Shown here piece by piece: positions 19,059 through 28,172 of a DNA stretch of 64,000 bases. The position numbers and the translations under genes were made by a program. Origin of the DNA: Rhodospirillales bacterium. Its GTDB lineage: Bacteria; Pseudomonadota; Alphaproteobacteria; JAJFIK01. The number at the start of each line of letters is the position of its first letter. The first letter of the stretch is position 1. Under the pieces are notes generated by a model. That model was given only the letters and a program-made list of their open reading frames with translations. It had not been told where the DNA came from and did no database searches. Location of the stretch: NCBI GenBank assembly GCA_021775005.1, contig JAJFIK010000080.1, positions 2,014 through 66,013 of the forward strand, written 5' to 3'.

Positions 19059-20327
19059 ATGGAATTTATTCAAGAGCACGGAACGCTCCTCATCATCATT
19101 GCGGTTATCTTTGGCCTCTACATGACCTGGGGCATTGGCGCGAATGATGTTGCAAATGTCATGGGCACGTCAGTTGGGTCTGGCGCGATTACGGTAACGA
19201 CCGCGATCATGATAGCGGCGGTCTTCGAATTCGCCGGTGCGGCGCTGGCTGGCGGTCATGTCACCGATACGATCAGAAAAGGCATCATTGATTCAGGGCC
19301 GCTTGAAAGCGCGCCTGAAATTCTTGTGCTGGGCATGCTCGCTTCGCTGCTTGCGGCCGCCATTTGGTTGATGGTCGCGTCTATGCGTGGTTGGCCGGTG
19401 TCAACAACCCATTCGATCGTCGGCGCCATTGTCGGGTTTGCCCTCGCCGCCATTGGGCTTGAAGCCGTTGATTGGGGGAAGATCAGCCAGATTGTGGCGA
19501 GCTGGGTGGTTTCGCCTGTGCTGGGCGGGATCATTTCTTTTGCCTTGATGATCAGTATTCGGCAATTGATTTTGAACACAGACAATCCCTTTGCCTCTGC
19601 AAAACGATGGGGGCCGATTTATGTGTTTCTTGTGGGTTTCATCATTTCACTTGTCACCATCTTCAAGGGGTTAAAGCATCTTGATATCGAACTCAGTGCT
19701 GGTTCGAGTTTCATTTTCGCGACAATTTTTGGATTGGCGACAGCGCTGATCGGATATGCGTTGATTCGCCGGGTTCAGGTGGACCCCGAGGCGGATCGCG
19801 ACTTTCACTACGCGAGTGTTGAGCGCGTGTTTGTCCCGATGATGATTTTTACCGCCTGCGCCATGGCTTTCGCGCATGGGTCAAACGATGTGGCGAACGG
19901 TGTTGGCCCGATGGCCGCAGTGGTCGGCCTTGTGCAGTCGGGCGGCGAGGTTGCGCAAAGCTCCTCGTTGCCGTTGTGGATCTTGGTCTTGGGCGGCGTG
20001 GGGATCGTTGTGGGTTTGGCGACCTATGGCTATCGCGTGATGCGCACCATCGGGTCCAAAATTACGGAGCTGACCCCGACGCGCGGGTTCTGCGCTACGA
20101 TGGCGGCTGCGGTGACCGTTGTACTTGCGTCCCGAACCGGAATGCCGGTTTCCACAACCCACATTGCAGTGGGCGGCGTTATCGGCGTCGGCATGGCGCG
20201 CGGGATCGGGGCCATTGATCTTCGCGTGATCGGCGGGATTTTCATGTCGTGGATAACCACGCTACCCGTTTCAGGCGGTCTATCCGCGATCATCTATTTC
20301 ATCCTGTATGCGATCTTCCTAGGCTAG
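19059..20327 (+). CDS. pit: Inorganic phosphate transporter, PiT (PHO4) family
   Basis: Duplicated GANDVAN/GSNDVANG signature motifs are present. The protein is about 420 aa and multi-TM. Confidence 0.9.
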   Translation: MEFIQEHGTLLIIIAVIFGLYMTWGIGANDVANVMGTSVGSGAITVTTAIMIAAVFEFAGAALAGGHVTDTIRKGIIDSGPLESAPEILVLGMLASLLAAAIWLMVASMRGWPVSTTHSIVGAIVGFALAAIGLEAVDWGKISQIVASWVVSPVLGGIISFALMISIRQLILNTDNPFASAKRWGPIYVFLVGFIISLVTIFKGLKHLDIELSAGSSFIFATIFGLATALIGYALIRRVQVDPEADRDFHYASVERVFVPMMIFTACAMAFAHGSNDVANGVGPMAAVVGLVQSGGEVAQSSSLPLWILVLGGVGIVVGLATYGYRVMRTIGSKITELTPTRGFCATMAAAVTVVLASRTGMPVSTTHIAVGGVIGVGMARGIGAIDLRVIGGIFMSWITTLPVSGGLSAIIYFILYAIFLG

Positions 20328-20341
20328 ACCGGGAGCTGCGT

Positions 20342-22396
20342 TCAGAGCTCGACCGTCTGATTGATGTATTTAAGGGCGGGTTCGGGGACGAATTCCAGCG
20401 GTGTCGCGCGCCCGGCCTTGACCACCATGGCGCCAAAGCGATGGGTGTAGGCGGAATAGATCACGTGATGACCTTTGATCCCTCCGGCGTCCCACCACAC
20501 GGTCTCATCCACAGATAGGGGTGTGTGTCCGACGATGAACGGTGCCTTTTTGGGAAGCCCCAAGGTGCTCCGGAAGCGTTTAACGCTGCCCTTGAAATAT
20601 CCCGCTGGACGATTGCTCTGGCGCAACCGGTTCCAAATAATCTCATGCTGAATCCCTGGGTAGCGATTGATATTGACCAGCATTTTGCGATCAACGCGAG
20701 ATCGAACCGGCGCGCCATGGCAAGCGGCAAACCCATTTCCTTCCACGATGTATGCCAAGCCATCAAAAAGCTTTTCAACCTCTTCAGCGTATTCCTCACC
20801 TCTTCGTTTCTCGAGGTGTTTTTTGAGAAGCAGGCCCTGGGGCACGCCGCTCTTGCCGACGGCATATGAGAATGTTTCGTGATTGCCACGAACGTAGAAG
20901 ACGTTTTTTGGGAAGCGCTGTTTCAGCATGCAGAAGAAATCGAGCATGAAGAGTGTGGGCTCCATTTCCTCGATTTGATCCGGTTCCTCAGAGTGAACCA
21001 TGTCACCTAGAAAAACGAGACAGGCTTTACCTTCCTCCAATTGTGAAAGCGTCCCGCCTTCACCGAGGACACGAAGGACATTGTCGACTTGGGCATGGGT
21101 ATCCCCAAGCAGGACGACGGTGGCGTCATCGGGCAATTTGATGATGCCGCCCGGTCGACCGTCGTCGCCCCATTCGCGGTGGGCTTCATCGGCAATGATG
21201 GCATTGGTCGCAACGATGGCCTTCAGCGCTTCATCCGTTCCAAAAGTCACCAACGGGCAACCCAGTATTTTGGGAATGCGCATAAGGGTTTCATGCCGGG
21301 CGACCCAAGCCGCCCGCGGCAGGCTTAATGTCGACAGTGTAGTTGAGTGCGCGTGGTCGAGGGGGTGGATGGTCAACTCGCCCCGCCGGTTGGTAATCCG
21401 CACGTGGCGTTCCGCAACGGAATCGTTAAAGCCAAGTGTGCTTCGGTACGCCCCCTTGCTGTTACCAAGAATGATGGTCTTGCCCGCGGGTACCCTGATG
21501 AAACGGGGAACGTCCTCATAAAACGCGTTGCCGGAGTGGATTATCCATTCGCGGTCACCGACAAGAGGCGCTCCTGTCAGGGACCGGTCTGGATGAAATT
21601 CTATAGCCACGCCCCCAAGGCGCATTTGAAAGGGCTCCCCCGACCAGCCTATGCGGCATGGCCCGGCCAGCGTTTGCGGCGCGGCGGCGGGTTGGATCAA
21701 CTCCCCTTCGCGCGCGTGACGCACGACGGCGTCCAATCGCGCAAGCAGGGTGGGCTTCACCGCAGAAAGCGGCGGCGGCGCCTTGCGACATTCAATGATA
21801 TTCATGGGCGGGCCATCGCGCTGGGTCCGCACATAGACATTCATACCCGACAGCCAAAAGTACCAAGCGATGGTCCGATAAAAATCAATCTGGGCGCGCA
21901 CCAGGTCGAGCGAGACACCTTCGTCATGGGGAAAGAGACCGGTTTTGGCGCGGCGTTGCCGATCTTCAAAAACTTCCTCGGCCGGCGGCAAGATCATGTC
22001 GAAGGTGTATCTTGTGCGCCAGTTAACACCGAACAACCACTTTTTCTGCGGCGGGATGGCGACCCGGTCAAAATCCATTTCAAGTGAGGCGAAATTCGCT
22101 TTCCATTCGCTGTCAATGACAGCAAGGGATTGACGCTCCCCTTTGAACGGCGCGCCAAGGTGAACCTCGCGCGGCCTGAATGTAAGCTCCCGCATCAACC
22201 ACCAGTGCGGCAGGGTGAGGTCGATATAGGCCTCATACGGCCAGCCGCGCATTTTAGCGACAAGCGTGCTTTTTCCTGCGCCAGGCGGTCCTGTGATCAG
22301 AAACTGGCGGTATCTTGTTTCCTTCGGGAATTGCACCCCGTGGATAAGCCGCAGGTCCGCGATAGGCGCAAGGATCATGTCTTCCGCTGAGATCAT
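20342..22396 (-). CDS. Uncharacterised three-domain protein: N-terminal P-loop NTPase (kinase-like), central FHA-like segment, C-terminal calcineurin-like (PPP-family) metallophosphoesterase
   Basis: Walker A ITGPPGAGKST. Central FHA-like pattern IILGNSKGAYRSTLGFNDSVAERHVRITNRRGELTIHPLDHAHSTTLS. C-terminal LGDTHAQ / FLGDMVHSE / RGNHE / GHTP motifs match the GDxHG-GDxxDRG-GNHE phosphoesterase signature. An AGGG RBS precedes the ATG at 22396. Confidence 0.6.
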   Translation of the reverse strand: MISAEDMILAPIADLRLIHGVQFPKETRYRQFLITGPPGAGKSTLVAKMRGWPYEAYIDLTLPHWWLMRELTFRPREVHLGAPFKGERQSLAVIDSEWKANFASLEMDFDRVAIPPQKKWLFGVNWRTRYTFDMILPPAEEVFEDRQRRAKTGLFPHDEGVSLDLVRAQIDFYRTIAWYFWLSGMNVYVRTQRDGPPMNIIECRKAPPPLSAVKPTLLARLDAVVRHAREGELIQPAAAPQTLAGPCRIGWSGEPFQMRLGGVAIEFHPDRSLTGAPLVGDREWIIHSGNAFYEDVPRFIRVPAGKTIILGNSKGAYRSTLGFNDSVAERHVRITNRRGELTIHPLDHAHSTTLSTLSLPRAAWVARHETLMRIPKILGCPLVTFGTDEALKAIVATNAIIADEAHREWGDDGRPGGIIKLPDDATVVLLGDTHAQVDNVLRVLGEGGTLSQLEEGKACLVFLGDMVHSEEPDQIEEMEPTLFMLDFFCMLKQRFPKNVFYVRGNHETFSYAVGKSGVPQGLLLKKHLEKRRGEEYAEEVEKLFDGLAYIVEGNGFAACHGAPVRSRVDRKMLVNINRYPGIQHEIIWNRLRQSNRPAGYFKGSVKRFRSTLGLPKKAPFIVGHTPLSVDETVWWDAGGIKGHHVIYSAYTHRFGAMVVKAGRATPLEFVPEPALKYINQTVEL

Positions 22397-22407
22397 GCAT
22401 CCGCCCT

Positions 22408-22445
22408 AAAGCAAAACGGAGCGGTGAACAATCCGTTCCCGCTCC
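22408..22445 (-). terminator. Putative intrinsic terminator downstream of gcrA
   Basis: On the minus strand GGAGCGG...CCGCUCC forms a 7-bp stem, with an inner GAAC/GUUC pairing. It is followed by GUUUUGCUUU. Confidence 0.45.
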
Positions 22446-22450
22446 CTGCG

Positions 22451-22897
22451 TTAAAGGATGCGGACCTTGCGCTTTTCGCGGCGGGCTTGTGCCGGCTGAA
22501 ATGCCATCCGGGCATGGCCCTCGCAATAAGGTGAGCCTGCGTTGGATGGGCGACCGCAAAACCGGAAGTCGGGCTGGGTCGGATCACCGATGGGCCACTT
22601 ACACATGCTTTCGGTCACCGTCATCACAGTGGCGTATTGACCGTTTTCAAGCACCACAGGTTCTTCAACCACGATGGGCTTGGTCATCACCGGCTTGGCC
22701 TGGGGCTTTGGCATGGTGATGCGTTTGGGCCGGTCAGCCCGTGATGGTGAGCCGCGGCCCGAGAGGCCCAGACGGTGCACTTTGCCGATCACTGCATTGC
22801 GCGTGACCCCGCCCAATTGGCGCGCGATCTGACTGGCGCTGAGCCCTTCGGCCCAAAGTTTTTTAAGTTCCGCTACCCTGTCGTCGGTCCAGCTCAT
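22451..22897 (-). CDS. gcrA: Cell-cycle transcriptional regulator GcrA
   Basis: N-terminus MSWTDDRVAELKKLWAEGLSASQIARQLGGVTRNAVIGKVHRLGL is the conserved GcrA DNA-binding domain. The C-terminus has the conserved CxxPxxxGxPYCxxH segment. Length is 148 aa. Confidence 0.85.
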   Translation of the reverse strand: MSWTDDRVAELKKLWAEGLSASQIARQLGGVTRNAVIGKVHRLGLSGRGSPSRADRPKRITMPKPQAKPVMTKPIVVEEPVVLENGQYATVMTVTESMCKWPIGDPTQPDFRFCGRPSNAGSPYCEGHARMAFQPAQARREKRKVRIL

Positions 22898-23198
22898 GAC
22901 CTCACCCCTTTTTGTCGTTCCTATTCCCGATCAGCACCTCTTTTTTGAGGCCGAATCCCGCAGAAAACCTGACCAAATCGACGGGAAACCGCATATCTTG
23001 TGCCTAACAAGCTGCTGACTACTAGATATCGTACCAGAGGGGGCTGGCGAATCAAGATGCTTGGTAAATATTTGTTAAGACCCCCACATATTGTGGTCGA
23101 ACCTGTACCGATTCGCATAGGTGAGTCGCGGAAAAAGCATTTGCCGGGGGGGCAGGCGGCGCTTAAGTTGCTGCGCTCATTTCAAAGGATTTTCTGCC

Positions 23199-24005
23199 AT
23201 GGCGGCCGATTTTACGGCCTGGGGCGAGCGACGCTTCGGGCAATTCAACTATCTTGGCGTTTGGACGCTCTACAAAAAAGAAGTACTGCGCTTTGTGAAG
23301 GTGCTGAGCCAAACCATTTTTGCGCCGGTCATCACGTCGTTGCTCTTTTTGTTCATCTTCACGACCGCCCTTGGCAGCTATCGGCCAGATGTGAACGGCA
23401 TTCCCTTCCCTGCATTTATGGCACCGGGGTTGATCATGATGCAGATCATCCAAAACGCGTTTGCCAATACCGCTTCCTCGCTTTTGGTCTCAAAAGTTCA
23501 AGGCAATATTGTTGATTTTCTCATGCCGCCTTTGTCTGCCAGCGAGTTGACGTTTGCCTTTGCGCTCGGCGGCGCGACAAGAGGCATGGCGGTCGCTCTT
23601 GCGGCCTGGGTGATCATGTATTGGTTTGCGCCACTTCAGATAGCTCATCTCGGTGCCGTGCTGTTCTTTGCTTTCGGCGCATCCTTGATGTTGTCCTTTG
23701 TGGGAATATTGGGCGGCATATGGGCTGAAAAATTTGACCACCTCGCAACGGTGACCAACTTCTTCATCATGCCGGCGGCATTTCTTTCCGGTACCTTTTA
23801 TTCCGTTGACGTGCTTCCGGGCATTTGGAACACCATCAGCCACTGGAACCCCATGTTCTATCTCATTGACGGGTTTCGCTACGGCTTTACGGGAACCACC
23901 GACGGGGACATGCGCATCGGGATTGCGTTGGTCATCGGCATGAACCTTGTGTTGGCCCTTTGGTGTCATGCGCTGTTCAAACGCGGCTACAATCTTAAAG
24001 CATAA
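23199..24005 (+). CDS. ABC-2 family transporter permease (NodJ/YadH-like); no cognate ATPase gene adjacent
   Basis: A 6-TM ABC-2 permease pattern begins MAADFTAWGERRFGQFNYLGVWTLYKKEV. The ORF-track start at 23121 was rejected. The upstream neighbour is divergent gcrA. Confidence 0.75.
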   Translation: MAADFTAWGERRFGQFNYLGVWTLYKKEVLRFVKVLSQTIFAPVITSLLFLFIFTTALGSYRPDVNGIPFPAFMAPGLIMMQIIQNAFANTASSLLVSKVQGNIVDFLMPPLSASELTFAFALGGATRGMAVALAAWVIMYWFAPLQIAHLGAVLFFAFGASLMLSFVGILGGIWAEKFDHLATVTNFFIMPAAFLSGTFYSVDVLPGIWNTISHWNPMFYLIDGFRYGFTGTTDGDMRIGIALVIGMNLVLALWCHALFKRGYNLKA

Positions 24006-24014
24006 GATTAAGTC

Positions 24015-24980
24015 ATGACGGAAAGTGTGAGCAGTGAGCTGAGCGACGATCTTGTATTGCCGTTTCAAATAGAAACCACCGGCGTGCGGGGTCGTGTGGC
24101 TCGGCTCGGGCCGTTGGTCGAGGACATTCTAACCCGCCACGCCTATCCCGACCCCGTTGCGCGCCTTTTGGGCGAAGCGTTGGCTCTTGTAGCATTGCTG
24201 GGTGTTTCGCTTAAGTTCAATGGCACCCTGGTGCTGCAAACCCAATGCGATGGCCCCGTCTCATTGCTTGTGGCGAGTTTCACGTCGCCGGGGGGCATCC
24301 GTGGGTTTGCCCAATTTGACGAAGCCGCGCTCAAAGCTTTGGAGGACGACGCGCAAGGCGCGGGTCGACTTCTTGGCAACGGCCATTTGGCGCTCACCAT
24401 TGATCCGGGCGGTGAGATGGATCGCTATCAGGGCATTGTTGCACTCAAGGGCCAAAGTCTTGCCGACGCCGCCCATGAATATTTCCGGCAATCAGAACAG
24501 ATCGCCACTGCCATCAAGCTTTCCGTCGGCAGCGTCGCCACTAGCGATGGCCAAGCCTGGCGCGCGGGCGGGATCATGATCCAACACCTGGCGGTGGAGG
24601 GCGGTATTATCGATGAGCGCGAACGCGCCGCGCGCGCTGAGGCTGAAGGCGGCGTCAATACCGATGCAGAAGAAGCCTGGGGTCGCGCCGTCGCGTTACT
24701 TCAAACCACCGAAGATCATGAGCTTCTTGATCCCACCCTCACGCCGCAAGAGCTACTCTATCGCCTGTTTCATGAAGACGGCGTGCGCGTTTTTGAAGCG
24801 CACCCGGTCGCTCGCGTTTGTCGTTGTTCAGTTTCACGCAGCCGCGGTATCTTGAAAAGTTTTCCGGCGGAAGAAAAAAGCGACATGATCGAAGAGGGGT
24901 TGCTGCGTGTGCGCTGCGAGTTCTGCAATTCCGAATATTGCTTTGACCCCGATACGCTAGAGCCGGTCGCTCAGGACTAG
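24015..24980 (+). CDS. hslO: Redox-regulated chaperone Hsp33
   Basis: C-terminal zinc centre CRCS...(27 aa)...CEFCNSEYCF (CxC...CxxC). The N-terminal domain is Hsp33-like. Confidence 0.85.
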   Translation: MTESVSSELSDDLVLPFQIETTGVRGRVARLGPLVEDILTRHAYPDPVARLLGEALALVALLGVSLKFNGTLVLQTQCDGPVSLLVASFTSPGGIRGFAQFDEAALKALEDDAQGAGRLLGNGHLALTIDPGGEMDRYQGIVALKGQSLADAAHEYFRQSEQIATAIKLSVGSVATSDGQAWRAGGIMIQHLAVEGGIIDERERAARAEAEGGVNTDAEEAWGRAVALLQTTEDHELLDPTLTPQELLYRLFHEDGVRVFEAHPVARVCRCSVSRSRGILKSFPAEEKSDMIEEGLLRVRCEFCNSEYCFDPDTLEPVAQD

Positions 24981-26140
24981 GCGCAAACTTCATCCATCAA
25001 TTTGCGGAAGAAAATAACGCTCATTTCAACTTGCTCCAGAGTAACGAACTCGTTCGGCTTATGCGCCTGCTCTATAGACCCCGGCCCGCAAATAACCGAA
25101 GGCAATCCGGCATCTGTAAATATGCCAGCTTCAGCTGCGTAAGATACCGTTTCAGCGCGATTGGCACCGGTTAGTTTCAATGCAAGCTCTTCGGCGGGGT
25201 TACCGCTTTTGCCAAGCAGTCCGGGCACGCGCACAAAATCTTCTGTGATGATCGAGGCATCCTCACCGGCTTCGACTCTCAAGCGCGGCAGCACGATCGT
25301 GTCAGCGTGGGTAATGAATTCATCACGCAGGTTGTCCACGTCTTCCTGCGGCAGGGGGCGATATTCCCAGTCAAACGAGCACTCGCGCGGCACGATGTTG
25401 ATGGCGGTGCCGCCATTGATCAGACCAATGGACATAGTGGTGTGCGGTGGATCGAAGCGACCTGAACTGTCACCTTTGTCGATCATCTCTTGCTTGAGCA
25501 TAGAAATATGATTGATCAACTCAGTGGCATAGAGGATAGCGCTTGCGCCGTTGGCGGGCAGGCTGGAATGGCTTTCTTTGCCGGTCACAGTGGTGCGAAA
25601 AACCCGCATGCCCTTGTTGGCGCTGATCACTTTCATATCCGTTGGCTCACCAACAATCACGCAGCGGGGCGAAGGGATTGCACCGGGCAATTGCGCCACA
25701 AGGCCGTGCACGCCGATGCAGCCAATTTCTTCATCATAGGAAAGCGCGAAATGTAACGGCACCTGCAAATCGCGCTCAATAAATTCTGGAACAAGCGCAA
25801 GGGCGATGGCGCTAAAGGCCTTCATGTCACATGTGCCGCGGCCATAAAGCTTGCCGTCCTTTTCAACAATACTGAAGGGGTCGGTCTTCCAGTCTTGTCC
25901 ATCTACGGGCACCACATCTGTGTGGCCGGACAGAATGATGCCGCCTTCCACATCAGGACCGATGCTGGCAATCAGGTTCGCTTTGGTGCCGTCATCGTTG
26001 TAGACTCGCGTGCACCTTGCGCCATAGGGGGCAAGATAGTCTTCGACGAAGGAAATCAATTCCAAATTGGAATTGCGGCTGGTGGTGTCAAAGCTCACCA
26101 GTTTTTCGATCATCTGTCGGGGAGTAACGCGTTCAGACAT
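24977..26140 (-). CDS. argE: M20-family peptidase, acetylornithine deacetylase-like
   Basis: M20 metal-binding motifs (GHTDVVP, GRGTCDMK) and a dimerisation domain. ArgE-like N-terminus. Confidence 0.7.
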   Translation of the reverse strand: MSERVTPRQMIEKLVSFDTTSRNSNLELISFVEDYLAPYGARCTRVYNDDGTKANLIASIGPDVEGGIILSGHTDVVPVDGQDWKTDPFSIVEKDGKLYGRGTCDMKAFSAIALALVPEFIERDLQVPLHFALSYDEEIGCIGVHGLVAQLPGAIPSPRCVIVGEPTDMKVISANKGMRVFRTTVTGKESHSSLPANGASAILYATELINHISMLKQEMIDKGDSSGRFDPPHTTMSIGLINGGTAINIVPRECSFDWEYRPLPQEDVDNLRDEFITHADTIVLPRLRVEAGEDASIITEDFVRVPGLLGKSGNPAEELALKLTGANRAETVSYAAEAGIFTDAGLPSVICGPGSIEQAHKPNEFVTLEQVEMSVIFFRKLMDEVCA

Positions 26141-26173
26141 TGCAAGGGTTCCTGAATTTCTTGGCGTGCACGG

Positions 26174-27676
26174 CTAGCTGCGCCAGAAGCTGGGAAGAAA
26201 TAGAACGAGTACAGTGAAAAGTTCAAGCCGCCCCAACAACATGGCGGCAGAAAGGGTAATTTTAGCTTCATCCGGCAAAGTCGCGAATGATCCCGAAGGG
26301 CCGATGGTTTCGCCCAATCCCGGACCAACATTGGCAAGCGCGGTTCCCGCCGCCGACCACGCGGTGATGGAATCCAGTCCAAAAAGCGAAAGTAAGATGG
26401 CGGTGCCTGCAAAGATCACCATGAAGAGAAAGAAAAAACTCATCACCGATGCGCTCACGCTCATGGGAACGGGGCGTTTGTTATAGCGCGGGGTAAAAAC
26501 CCCATGGGGGTGGATCATGCGTAGCACATGGGTTCGCGCCACCGCTTCGATCACTTGAAAGCGGAAGATCTTGATGCCGCAGCTGGTGGACCCGGCGCAG
26601 CCGCCAATGAACATGGCAAAAAACAATATGGCAATCGCAAACGGTCCCCAGGCATTGTAGTCAGTGGTGACGTACCCGGTGCCGGTCAATACAGAGATGC
26701 CATTGAAGGCGGCGGAACGAAACGCACTTTCGCCGCTATCGATACCGCCAAGGCCTTGGTAGGCCAGTAAGGCACCAACCACGATGGCAACCAAAAGAAA
26801 GAAGCCACGCACCTGAGCATCGCGCGTGATCACCGACCACCGCAATGGAAACGCTTGCAGATAAAGCACAAAGGGAAGGCTGCTTAAGAGCATGAACACA
26901 ATGCCGGTGTAGTGGACCCCCGGCGAGATCCAGTTGCCCAACGAGTTATCCGAAGTTGAGAACCCGCCGGTGGCGACGGTGGTCATGGCGTGAGCGATGG
27001 CGTGGGCGGGTGCCATGCCAAAGGCCCAATAGCTCACCGCGCATGCAAACGTCAGCGCGGCATAAAGCAGTACAATGGACCCCACAATCTGTTGCGCGCG
27101 AGGTAGAATTTTCTCGGAAGTGTCCGAAGACTCCATACGGAAGATCTGCATCCCGCCGACTTGCAGCATGGGCAAAACGGCAATGGCCATAACGATGATC
27201 CCCACGCCGCCAAGCCATTGCAGAATGGCGCGCCATGCCAGAACCCCGGGGGGTGCGCTATCAAGACCAACAATCACTGTTGATCCGGTGGTGGTGAGCC
27301 CGGACATGGCCTCAAAAAAAGCATCCACATAGGAGAGTGACACCCCCGGCGCGATGGCGAGGGGGATGGCTGCGAAGATCACCAGAACGGTCCAGCTCGC
27401 CGTTGTGAGGACGAAGGCTTGCTTTAGTGTCAGATCGCCGCGGAAGCCGCGCATGGTCAGCCAAAGTGAAACCCCAACGAACAGGGTTCCAGCGCCAGAC
27501 CCGGCGAACACAAGCCAATCAGGGTTGCCAACATTGAGATCAATCAGCGCCGGGATCATCATGGCGATCCCAAGCGTCGTCAGCAAAATGCCGAGCACCA
27601 ATAAAATCGGCCTGAGATTGAGCAATGCAGTAGCACCTGAGCCAATTGCGAGACCTATAGCGCTACCCCGTGTCAC
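26174..27676 (-). CDS. trkH: TrkH-family potassium uptake protein
   Basis: About 500 aa and multi-TM with repeated M-P-M pore-loop units. Typical TrkH N-terminus (NLRPILLVLGILL). Confidence 0.85.
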   Translation of the reverse strand: MTRGSAIGLAIGSGATALLNLRPILLVLGILLTTLGIAMMIPALIDLNVGNPDWLVFAGSGAGTLFVGVSLWLTMRGFRGDLTLKQAFVLTTASWTVLVIFAAIPLAIAPGVSLSYVDAFFEAMSGLTTTGSTVIVGLDSAPPGVLAWRAILQWLGGVGIIVMAIAVLPMLQVGGMQIFRMESSDTSEKILPRAQQIVGSIVLLYAALTFACAVSYWAFGMAPAHAIAHAMTTVATGGFSTSDNSLGNWISPGVHYTGIVFMLLSSLPFVLYLQAFPLRWSVITRDAQVRGFFLLVAIVVGALLAYQGLGGIDSGESAFRSAAFNGISVLTGTGYVTTDYNAWGPFAIAILFFAMFIGGCAGSTSCGIKIFRFQVIEAVARTHVLRMIHPHGVFTPRYNKRPVPMSVSASVMSFFFLFMVIFAGTAILLSLFGLDSITAWSAAGTALANVGPGLGETIGPSGSFATLPDEAKITLSAAMLLGRLELFTVLVLFLPSFWRS

Positions 27677-27707
27677 GGGGCGCGGTCAATCAAAGGGCGT
27701 ATTTGCG

Positions 27708-28172
27708 CTAATTGATGGTGCGGCGACCAAAGGGACTGTCCAGGGAAAAGGCGGGGATTGTCACATCCAGCATGGTGCCGTCATCGGTACTCATCTGATA
27801 GATGCCAGCCATGATACCTGATGGCGTCTGAAGCGGTGCGCCGGAAGTATATTCAAAACGCTCCCCGGGATTGAGAACAGGTTGTTCTCCCACGACACCC
27901 TCACCATGGACTTCCTGGGTCTTGCCCGCCGCATCGGTAATGCGCCAATGCCGATGGTGCAGTTTCACTGTCGATCCGCTCTGATTCTCAATCACCACCC
28001 GATAGGACCAAACGTAATAGTCGTCCTCTGGTGAGGACTGGTCGTCAAGGTAATTAGGCTCCACGGCAACGCGGATGGAATGGGTCGTGGCGTCGTACAC
28101 TGTGCGGCCTCCAGAGGCCCGCTCAGCGGGTCTCAATTTATGATTGTAATTGCTCGAAATGGTGCGGCGCAT
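27708..28172 (-). CDS. apaG: ApaG (DUF525) protein
   Basis: ApaG-family sequence (IRVAVEP..YL...S.PE...[12 protein letters not shown]...V.L..RHWRITD..G). Start at MRRTISS, where an AGAGGGG RBS lies 5 nt upstream. Confidence 0.75.
   Translation of the reverse strand: MRRTISSNYNHKLRPAERASGGRTVYDATTHSIRVAVEPNYLDDQSSPEDDYYVWSYRVVIENQSGSTVKLHHRHWRITDAAGKTQEVHGEGVVGEQPVLNPGERFEYTSGAPLQTPSGIMAGIYQMSTDDGTMLDVTIPAFSLDSPFGRRTIN

Noticed and set aside
22898-23120. CtrA box / DnaA box in the gcrA upstream region
   Set aside because: Only a single TTAAC half-site (about 23062-23066, minus strand) is present and there is no TTATCCACA-like DnaA box. This is too weak to call a feature.
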